Shown: positions 1 through 7,752, counted from the first letter of the stretch. The stretch: 12,661 nt of DNA from Octopus sinensis (GCF_006345805.1 NW_021826520.1:1-12661), one strand, 5' to 3'. Program-made: numbers and translations. The notes: generated by a model from the letters alone, not told the origin.

Positions 1-61
1 GATTTTGAGACAATGGACAGACGTTAAAATAATAAAATAGCAGTAATAAACGTTGAAGGAA

Positions 62-100
62 TGTGTGGTGTGTGTGTGTGTGTGTGTGGTGTGTGTGTGT
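62..100. repeat. (TG)n microsatellite, interrupted
   Basis: Direct reading of the sequence. Confidence 0.95.
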
Positions 101-170
101 ATTGGTAAAAACGGTAAGATAACAAAAGAAAGAAAGGAGACCTCAATATTATGTAAATAGAGGAAATTTG

Positions 171-294
171 TCTGTAAAATAATATGTGACAATTATTCGG
201 TAGCCGAAGAGATGGTGTTGAGGATTTACACCTCGGCATCCGAACTCAGAGTTTTATCTTGGCTACCGAATAATTGTCGCATATTATTTTACAG

Positions 295-295
<1 letters not shown>
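171..295. repeat. Fold-back inverted repeat with ~40-bp arms and a structured spacer
   Basis: 171-210 tctgtaaaataatatgtgacaattattcggtagccgaaga is the reverse complement of 257-295 tcttggctaccgaataattgtcgcatattattttacaga, with one substitution and one 1-nt indel. Confidence 0.9.
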
Positions 296-343
<48 letters not shown>

Positions 344-363
344 ATATATATAATATATATATA
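295..363. repeat. (TA)n microsatellite
   Basis: Direct reading. Confidence 0.95.
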
Positions 364-370
364 ATTACTA

Positions 371-426
371 TGCATTCTGATGATGTCTACCACTGCAACT
401 GCTAAACAGAAACGATCGTAAATGTA
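371..426 (+). ncRNA. Type I minimal hammerhead ribozyme motif with intact core
   Basis: Stem I tgcatt 371-376 / aatgta 421-426 (6 bp, one G-U); CUGAUGA 377-383; stem II tgt 384-386 / aca 406-408; GAAA 409-412; stem III with the palindrome acgatcgt 412-419; GUA cleavage triplet 418-420. Confidence 0.7.
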
Positions 427-527
427 CTATTACTACCACTTTTTTCTTTATTAATTACTTACATTAATGGCTTACTAGCGCAAACGACTAACTTCTTCCT
501 GTTATTTTTCCTCCATTTTCTTCTTGC

Positions 528-610
<83 letters not shown>
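528..610. repeat. Compound (TA)n-(GA)n microsatellite
   Basis: Direct reading. Confidence 0.95.
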
Positions 611-656
611 TAGTGCATTTGTTTATTTGGTGAAAAAAATAAACTAATATATATGT

Positions 657-917
657 GGAGGCGCAATGGCCCAGTGGTTAGGGTAGCAGACTCGCGGTCG
701 TAAGATCGCGGCTCCGATCCCCAGACCGGGCGTTGTGAGTGTTTATTGAGCGAAAATACCTAAAGCTTCATGAGGCTCCGGTAGAGGGTGGTGGCGAACC
801 CTGCTGTACATTCTGTGTCACGGTCAGCCACTTGCACATTAATTTCGCGAGCAGGCTGTTCCGTTGATTGGATCAATTGGAACCCACGTCGGTTACGACG
901 ACGTGGGGTACCACTGG

Positions 918-952
<35 letters not shown>
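657..952 (+). mobile_element. tRNA-derived SINE (family 1) with (CA)n tail
   Basis: A-box-like tggcccagtggtt at 668-680 and B-box-like ggctccgatccc at 710-721; 658-813 aligns with the minus-strand copy at 7140-7291; ends in (AC)n at 920-952. Confidence 0.85.
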
Positions 953-956
<4 letters not shown>

Positions 957-1147
957 TATACTACAGGTGTCAATCCATTATGGCTTTTTCCAGCGATTCC
1001 TTCAATTGATTGATGAAAACATTGCATCATTGCAAAGAAACCGTTTTCGTCAGATGAAAACCTCTGACCTAACGTGTGCTTCGATTTAAGTGCCTAATTC
1101 AACTGAATCTTAATTGTATGTATATATATGTATATATATGTATTACA

Positions 1148-1651
1148 TACCGTAAATCCTCGAGTATAGTCTACCCTTGAGTATAATACGCAGGGGATTT
1201 TTAGGGGGCTGTGCCTTTGAAAAACTTAAACATTGTGTATAATACTCACCCCTTCTCTAACTTGAGTCAAGGAGGTCTATATAACGTTCTTGGTTTGTAA
1301 AACTGTATACGGTAACGTACTTTATTTTTATTGTATATATAACATAATAATGCAAGCGTGTAGCTTTTTTGTGTATTTTGTTTTCAGAAAATAAAGAAAA
1401 TAAACAGTAAACGTTTAATAATGTTGCTTATTGCAATTATGGATGATTCTTTTATGACTTCATTGCTTTCAGGCTTAGCTTAAGGTATTTTCGCGCCCGA
1501 CAGCACAAAATGCGCCTGAATAAACATTGCCAGACATCAAATAGAAACTCGGACGTTGCTTAGAAAATATTTTTTCATTTTTAATCTCGTATATAGTACG
1601 CACTAAGGATTTTGAGAAAAAAATGCGGATTATACTCGAGGATTTATGGTA
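1148..1651. mobile_element. Non-autonomous Tc1/mariner-superfamily (Tc2/pogo-like) element, complete
   Basis: taccgtaaatcctcgagtatagtc (1148-1171) and gattatactcgaggatttatggta (1628-1651) are inverted with 2 mismatches; TA on both sides of a CCGTA-type terminus; subterminal gtata(a/g)t repeats; no transposase ORF. Confidence 0.85.
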
Positions 1652-1900
1652 TATATGCATATGCCTTTACATACACACACTCACACATGCACGCATATTT
1701 AAGAATATATGTATTCACATATATGTCTGTATGCGCTTGTATCTATATAAATGTGTGTATGTATAGGGCAAGATACCCATCCCAGTTTCTCTTCATTTTT
1801 ACAACACAGACCGATTTTATTCGTGTTTATATTCTTATAAGAATATCTGTTTATATCTGTAGATATAGGTACGTATTTGTGATTGTATATATGTATATAT
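1640..1900. repeat. Degenerate TA/CA/TG low-complexity tract
   Basis: Direct reading; source of the Y/I/C/V-rich ORFs. Confidence 0.75.
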
Positions 1901-2124
1901 ATTTCTTTACTACCCACAAGGGGCCACACACAGAGGGGACAAATTAGGACAGACAAGCGGATTACGTCGACCCCAGTGCGTAACTGGTACTTAATTTATT
2001 GACCCCCGAAAGGATGAAAGGCAAAGTCGACCTCGGCGGAATTTGAACTCAGAACGTAACGGCAGACGAAATACAGCTACGCATTTCGCCCGGCGTGCTA
2101 ACGTTTCTGCCAGCTCGCCGCCTT
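1901..2124 (-). mobile_element. tRNA-derived SINE (family 2), near full length
   Basis: Minus strand starts aaggcggcgagctggcagaaacgttagc (A-box-like); B-box gagttcaaattcc (2038-2050); central domain gcctttcatcctttcggggg...ataaattaagtaccagtt shared with 3170-3293 and 9992-10044. Confidence 0.85.
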
Positions 2125-2637
2125 AAATGTATATATGCACGTATATATCAATACATTTGCGTATCATTCTATTTATCTATATACATCTCCAGATATATAT
2201 TTATATCAATGGCCCTCCCGTTATAGTCGAGCCCCCTTATTCCCCGCATTTACTTTCCCCTCACTCCCTACATACTAACCTAAGGTTTCCAGTTCCACTA
2301 CCGAACACCATCTCCTACACGCCACACTAATTCTCTCATATATAAACTATTAAATTAATCAACTTGAAAACCAACAAGCATGTCTCCCAATTCACTACAT
2401 CAGCCCTCTCTATCCCGCCCATTCCCTACATCATTTTACTTCTTGACCTCCATTGTTTCCAAAGCAAATTTACCCACCCAGTTCTTCTTTACTTACGAAC
2501 AATCCACACAACCATTATGCCACACCTCATTCACCGTTTAATCATTTTTTCTGGTTATTGGCCATGACTGTTTCTAAGAGAAAAAAATGATATAAGAATA
2601 AAATAGAAAATTGTGCACCCAAAGACTTTGTTTATCA

Positions 2638-3105
2638 CACAGGCGTGGCTGTGCGGTAAGAAGCTCGCTTTCCAACCACCTGATTCCGGGTTCAGTCTCA
2701 CTGTGTGGAACCTTGAGCAAGTGTCTTCTACTATAGCCTTGGGCCGACCAAAGCCATGTGAGTGGATTTTGTAGACTGAAACTGAAAGAAGCCCGGAAAG
2801 ATAGGAACTCAGAAATGCCATTCAGAACAAGCGCAAGGAGACGACAATCATTTGTGAAGATGGCGCAATCACTATGGTGCATGTAGTGTGTGTGTGTGTG
2901 TGTGTTTGTGTGTATGTGTGTGTGTGCTGGTGTGTTTACTTTCTCTTAACTTAGAGGTTCGGCAAATAAATCTATAGAACAAGTATCAAGCTTAAAAAAT
3001 AAGATCTGGGGTCGATTCATTCGACTAAAAAAACAATTCCAAAGCGGTGCCCCAGTATGGGCGCAGGAAAATAACTGAAATATGTAAAAGATAAAGGATA
3101 AAAGA
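2638..3105 (+). mobile_element. Bipartite tRNA/CORE-like SINE (family 3), copy A, with an internal insert
   Basis: Head 2641-2795 aligns with 8482-8645, including the CORE-like ccttgagcaagtgtcttc; unrelated 2796-2884; (TG)n 2885-2926; tail module 2927-3105 aligns with 8720-8834 and 4960-5115. Confidence 0.85.
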
Positions 3106-3169
3106 GAAACCTGTTTGTTTTCTCTTCCTGTCTCGTTTATTTATCTCCCATCCTTTCTTTTTCCTAACT

Positions 3170-3293
3170 GAGTCGACCTTTTCATTCTTTTGGCGTTGAT
3201 AAATTAAGTACCAGTTGCGTATTGGGGTTGATCTAATCGACTGGCCCCCTCCCCTAAAATTTCGGGCCTTGTGCCTAGAGTAGAAAAGAATAT
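3170..3293 (+). mobile_element. SINE family 2, 3' half with a different tail
   Basis: gtcgaccttttcattcttttggcgttgataaattaagtaccagttgcgtattggggttgatctaatc aligns with the reverse complement of ~1960-2030. Confidence 0.8.
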
Positions 3294-3320
3294 AGTTTTT
3301 AATATATTTTATTTTGTGTT

Positions 3321-3353
3321 TGTCGACCGGTTTCGCTTTCACTAATCATGACA
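3321..3353 (-). ncRNA. Hammerhead-like motif with variant core in the left pseudo-LTR
   Basis: Minus strand reads tgtc-ATGATTA-gtgaaagc-GAAA-c-cg-GTC-gaca: 4-bp stem I, 2-bp stem II with a GAAA loop, accggt palindrome, GUC site. The core differs from CUGAUGA at positions 3 and 8. Confidence 0.55.
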
Positions 3354-3523
3354 GTGAAATTATTGTAATTTCGTATTTTCTTAAAGATTTTAGTCCATGT
3401 TGTGTGTGGAGAAGTTTATGAATGAATGATTCAACAAGTAGAAATTTTAAAGAGTGGTAATTGGTGATCGTTATTATTAGGGACAGGGGAGGTAATTGTT
3501 CATCTTTGGGGAGGGAATAAATA

Positions 3524-4528
3524 TTCAAATCAATACTAAATGATATAAACCACAGCATTCAATTCACAATGGAATATAGCAAATAACAGCTCCCTTTCTT
3601 GGATACTATGATAGAAAAAGTCAACAACCAAATTATAACTGACATCTGTCATAAACCAACGGACTCGAACCAATATCTCCTGTTAAATTCATGCCACCTG
3701 AAGCACATCAAAAATAATATCCCCTTCAATTTGGCAAAAAGGATTTGCAAAATACTGTCTGATAGAAATACTCGGGACCTTCGTCTTCAAGACCTCAGAA
3801 CAACACTAACTGAACGACAATATCCACCATGATTTATAGACGATGGAATTAAGCGTGCTATGAAATTAGACATTAAAACACTAAGGGCAACAAAACGTAA
3901 TACCACACCTCATCTCAAAACACTAATGTATATATCAACTCAAAACCCTAGAAACAATGAGGCATACAACACTATTATGCAAAATCTACCTTTGCTCACT
4001 AGTGTTCCAAAAATGAACAACATTCTGAAAACACATAACTTTATCAAATACAAAAGCAACACAAATCGTTAAAAAGATTTCTGACAAATACGAATCTTTA
4101 CACAACAACTGCGAAACTAACGGTTAAAAAATGTAGACACCCAAACTGTGGAATATGCCTCAACCTACTGGAAGGCTCGGAATTCTTGTTCAAGTAAGGG
4201 GAGACGTTTACAATTAAAACCTACTTCACTTGTGCTTCCGAGAATCTAATTTATGTTATAACTTACTCAGGTTGTGGACATAACTATATAAGACAGACAA
4301 GTATGACATTGATGACGGGGAACCACACTACACAAGGAACAGGTCCGGTTTCCGCAATACAGACGGATTCCTTTGAGTGAGCAGATAGAGAGATGAGCAA
4401 GTAATATCCAACCAAACTTCACAGTTTTCCCTACCTACCAGTGCAAACAAGTAATTTCTATACAAGAACGTTTAAATAGAGAAAATTTGGTCATAGAAAA
4501 ATACAGAACACTAAATATGAACGCATAA
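3524..4528 (+). pseudogene. Decayed Penelope-like RT C-terminus, thumb/linker and GIY-YIG endonuclease
   Basis: FKSILNDINHSIQFTMEYSK*QLPFLD, then HKPTDSNQYLLLNSCH...NIPFNLAKRI; KCRHPNCGIC (~4129-4158); NLIYVITYSGCGHNYIRQT (4243-4299); ending RENLVIEKYRTLNMNA* at 4528. Several stops and at least 2 frameshifts. Confidence 0.88.
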
Positions 4529-4798
4529 CCAACTTTGATCTCAGTATGTATTTTAATTCATGATCACATACCCATTACTGTACATATTTCTTTTTACTAC
4601 TTTAGCTTCGAGATTTTGTATATATTTATCCCCTTCCCGAAAGATTACCTCCTCTGTCCCTAATAATAACGATCACCAATTACCCCCACCCTCACCCCTT
4701 AAATTTTTCTAGTCATTGAAGCATTCATTCATGAATTTATCCACACACAACATGGACTAAAATCTTCATAAGAAAATACGAAATTGCAATAATTTCAA

Positions 4799-4831
4799 TG
4801 CCCTGATTAGCGAAAGCGAAACCGGTCGACA
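4799..4831 (+). ncRNA. Hammerhead-like motif with variant core in the right pseudo-LTR
   Basis: tgcc-CTGATTA-gcgaaagc-GAAA-c-cg-GTC-gaca; G8 replaced by U and one mismatch in stem I; predicted site after 4827. Confidence 0.55.
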
Positions 4832-4901
4832 AACACAATATAAAATATATTTTTGAATATATTAAAACCATGTTAAGTGTGTGCATTTTCCTTCTATTTT
4901 A

Positions 4902-5115
4902 TGTGTGTGTGCGTACGTGTCTTTGTGTAAGTGTTTATCTGCCATCATCGCTTGACAACCGCTATTAGTGTGTTTATGTCCTCGTAACATACCTGTTCGG
5001 CAAAGAGACCGATAGAGTAAGTACCAGGCTTGATTCATTCGGCTAAAGGTCCTTCAAGGCGGTACCCTAGCGTGGTCGCAGTCTAATGAATGTGAAGTAA
5101 AAGATGAACGATAAA
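4902..5115 (+). mobile_element. SINE family 3, tail module only (copy B)
   Basis: catcgcttgacaaccg...gtgtgtttatgtcc...gttcggcaaagagaccgatagagtaagtaccaggctt aligns with copies A, C and D. Confidence 0.8.
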
Positions 5116-5165
5116 AAAACATACCCAAGACTCTTATTGTTAATAATAATCCCTTATATAGAAGA

Positions 5166-5303
5166 AAGGCAAGTATCCTAATGGATAGAGTTTTGAAGCC
5201 GCGATCGCAAGGTCATATGCTTAATTCCCAGGCCCGTCGGGTGTGATTCAAGAAACATTTGGCAGCTATTTTTTTGCAAGACGTGCGGCCACGTAGACGC
5301 TTC
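5166..5303 (+). mobile_element. Highly degenerate tRNA-headed SINE-like fragment
   Basis: cctaatggatagag resembles the A-box region of the SINE at 5813, and ttaattccca is a possible B-box relic; 5258-5298 resembles 8018-8058. Confidence 0.4.
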
Positions 5304-5373
5304 TATGTTATCTGAAGCAAACTAAATGACATGTGAATAACAAAGCTAAGAAACAGACCACAGTCACAAATTC

Positions 5374-5605
5374 ATTATTATTTTATTTATTTATTTTTTG
5401 CTGTAGGTGCACTCGCTATTCAGTGCACTGAGTGACATACTTCTACAACCTGTTTCGGTCGGTTGCTACTCATGCATATTCTTCCTACGTAATGTTGACT
5501 GTATTCAAGTTATCTTGAAAATATTCGTCGCCGAGTGATCTTCGGCCTTCAACGCTTGCCACAAGGTGGTACCCAAGTCATGGGTGTTTTCTGGTGCCGT
5601 TGTTC
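5374..5605 (-). mobile_element. RTE-type LINE 3' terminal fragment, decayed
   Basis: Minus strand gives MTWVPPCGKR*RPKITRRR (from ~5581), then in another frame NIT*EEYA*VATDRNRL*KYVTQCTE*, matching the W.P.GKR.RGRP...W / A.DR..W RTE C-terminus; (TAAA)n-like tail at 5374-5399. Confidence 0.7.
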
Positions 5606-5613
5606 AGCTAGAC

Positions 5614-6102
5614 CAATACCTATGGACTCCTTTGATTCCAAATGCACTCCACTGGACCCCGTAGTCTATTCAATGTTTTACTAAAAATTCTTTTATATTT
5701 TTATAATTATTATTAGGTATCGTATCAAAAATTGTTAAAATATTTTGTGTTGTAGAAGTATAACAATTTATTGCACATAAACTTTAACAACAAAATCTTA
5801 TATGGGACCCAAAGGCGCGTGGCCTGGTGGTTAGAGTATTGGACTCATGACTGTAACATTGTAGTTTCGATTCCTAGACTGGGCGACACGTTGTGTTCTT
5901 GAGCAAAGCACTTCATTTCACATTGCTCCAGTTCACTGAGATAGCAATAATTAGTAATCCTGCGACGGACCGGTGTCCTGTCCAGGTGGGGAATATATAC
6001 AGCATGAAACCGGGAAACCGGCCCTTGTGAGTCGACATGACACGTGAAGGTAACTTTACTTTTTACTTTTAAGGGTCTATGGACCCCAGTTGAGAACCAC
6101 TG
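5614..6102. mobile_element. hAT (Charlie-like) MITE with an 8-bp target site duplication and a nested SINE
   Basis: agctagac at 5606-5613 and 6103-6110; right end gttgagaaccactg (reverse complement cagtggttctcaac); left TIR mostly deleted, but 5619-5670 aligns with 6134-6185. Confidence 0.8.
5813..6070 (+). mobile_element. tRNA-derived CORE-like SINE (family 4a), nested in the hAT MITE
   Basis: A-box tggcctggtggtt at 5820-5832; B-box gtttcgattcc at 5864-5874; central gttgtgttcttgagcaaagcacttcatttcac; (ctttta)n tail ending at 6070. Confidence 0.85.
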
Positions 6103-6110
6103 AGCTAGAC

Positions 6111-6198
6111 TAATGGTACTCAACCATTTTTTTCCTATGGACCCTTTTGAATCCCATTTTACTCTGCTGGACTTCCATAATCATTCGAGGTATATAAA
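6111..6198. mobile_element. Left end of a second copy of the same hAT MITE, truncated
   Basis: taatggtactcaacc is a decayed cagtggttctcaacc; the following cctatggacccttttgaatccc...ctggac aligns with 5619-5670. Confidence 0.7.
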
Positions 6199-6277
6199 AA
6201 AGGGGTCTTTTAATTATAAATTATATTTATTTATAATTGATTATTTTTTATAATTCTTATAATTAAAAGACCCCTTT
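6199..6277. repeat. Perfect 21-bp inverted repeat with a 37-bp AT-rich spacer
   Basis: aaaggggtcttttaattataa (6199-6219) and ttataattaaaagaccccttt (6257-6277). Confidence 0.92.
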
Positions 6278-6572
6278 CGGTCATGAATGACCATGGTATT
6301 GCCCCTAGAAAGTTCCCTTCTGAGGCACAAGTCCGGACAAGGTTGCTTATGGAAGACCAGCAATCGCCCATGCATACAAGTGTCCGCTCTCTATGCCACC
6401 AATGTTATCCAAGAGAAAGGCAAAGGCCGATACAGCTTGACACCAGTGCCGTCGCAGCTCATTTCTACAGCTGAGTGAACTTGAACAACGTGAAATAAAG
6501 TGTCTTGCTCAAGAACACAACACACAGCCCATTACCTCATGATTGGAAGCCTGACGCTCTAACCACTGAGCG
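6262..6572 (-). mobile_element. tRNA-derived CORE-like SINE (family 4b), B-box apparently deleted
   Basis: Minus strand starts cgctcagtggttagagc; 6474-6521 matches 5890-5937 at 42 of 48 positions in inverted orientation; the 3' half is unrelated to 4a. Confidence 0.8.
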
Positions 6573-6599
6573 TTATTAATGGAAGAGAGTATTGGTGCG

Positions 6600-6802
6600 T
6601 GTTCCCTGAGTTGCTGTTGGTGGTGGTGATGTTGGTGATGGTGATGGTCGTCGTCGTTGTGATGTTGATGATGTTGTTATCGTCGGTATCGTCGTTGCTT
6701 TCGTTACAGCCATCGTTGTCTCCGTTGTTGTTGCTGTTATAGTTTACCTTGACGTGGTTGTTGTCGTCATCGTCATCGGTAATGTTGTTGCTACTGTTGT
6801 TG
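6600..6802. repeat. Degenerate (GTT/GTC/GAT)n trinucleotide tract
   Basis: Direct reading; similar tracts resume at 7298-7385 and 7755-7835. Confidence 0.85.
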
Positions 6803-7291
6803 CCTTCTTCTTTCTTCTTCCAATCAGGACTCACGCCATTAGCCACAAAGAACAATCTCTAATTCAAGCCTACTCTAAGCTACTAAGAATGCGTGTGGCA
6901 ACTTGAAGATCCACCCACCACACGCGATAGACTGGCGGTTGCACGGGCGCGAAAGCTACGTTGTTATCCTCATTCCGTAAACGGTGGCTCTTAACGGGTG
7001 GAGAGCTGAAACATCCTGGGGTACAGAGGATTCGCAATCTAGACTAGGGTCTGAAAGTTTACCACACCATAGTGGGTTACACCATGTTTCCTGTTTTGTG
7101 GCAGAAGTAGGAAGAAAGAGTGAGAGTAAATTGTGGTGAAAGAATACAGCGGGGACCCTCTCCCGCCGTCGGAGCCTCTTAGAGCTTTGGTGTTTTTGCT
7201 CAATAATCACTCACAATGCCCGGTCTGGGAATCGAAACGGCGTTCTTTCGACCGCTAGTTCGCTGCCCTAACCACTGGGCCATTGCGCCTC
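6803..7291 (-). mobile_element. SINE family 1 head with a long 3' body and a (GAA)n-like tail
   Basis: Minus strand from 7291 reads gaggcgcaatggcccagtggttaggg, identical to 658-683; alignment continues to ~7140; ends in ggaagaagaaagaagaagg at ~6803-6821. Confidence 0.75.
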
Positions 7292-7297
7292 ACTCTG

Positions 7298-7385
7298 GTT
7301 ATCGTCACCGTCGTCGGTAATGTTGTTGCTGCTGTTGTTGTTGCAATGGTTTTCATCGTTATCATCGTCGTTATTGTTTTTTATT
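7298..7385. repeat. Degenerate (GTT/GTC)n tract
   Basis: Direct reading. Confidence 0.8.
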
Positions 7386-7397
7386 GTCCTTTTTTTT

Positions 7398-7752
7398 CTC
7401 TCCTTATTTCAGTCATTTGACTGCGGCTATGCTGGGGCACCGTCTTGAAGGGTTTTACTCGAACAAGCCGACCGAAAGACTTGTTTTTTTTATGTTTTAG
7501 GCCCAGTACTTATTGTATCAGTCTCTTTTGTCGAATTGCCAATTCACAGGGACATAAACACACCAACACCGGTTGTCAAGTGGTGGAGGACAAACACACA
7601 CACACACACACATGTATGTATATACGACTGGCTTCTTGCAATTTCCATCTACTAAATCTCTCACAAGGCTTTGGCCCGAGGCTATAATAGAAGACACATA
7701 TCCGAGGTGTCACGCAGTGGGACTGAACCCGAAAGCTTCTTACTACTCAGCC
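7398..7752 (-). mobile_element. Bipartite SINE family 3, copy C
   Basis: Reverse complement aligns with copy D across head (small deletion), (TG)n linker and tail. Confidence 0.85.

Larger units (their letters stand above)
3301..4851 (+). mobile_element. Penelope-like retroelement, 5'-truncated, with inverted pseudo-LTRs
   Basis: 3301-3524 is the reverse complement of 4622-4851 (scattered substitutions and small indels); a decayed RT/GIY-YIG frame lies between them. An inverted terminal copy at the 5' truncation point is established Penelope architecture. Confidence 0.88.

Noticed and set aside
657-730. tRNA-like sequence (also at 5813-5880 and 7220-7291)
   Set aside because: A/B boxes are present, but each continues into a repeated SINE body and the stems are decayed; these are SINE heads, not tRNA genes.
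961-1089. Possible exon after ctacag, and a ttgatga...gaaac...gtc hammerhead-like string at ~1006-1065
   Set aside because: No polypyrimidine tract, recognisable protein or donor site; the hammerhead reading lacks C3, a closing stem II pair and a stem I.
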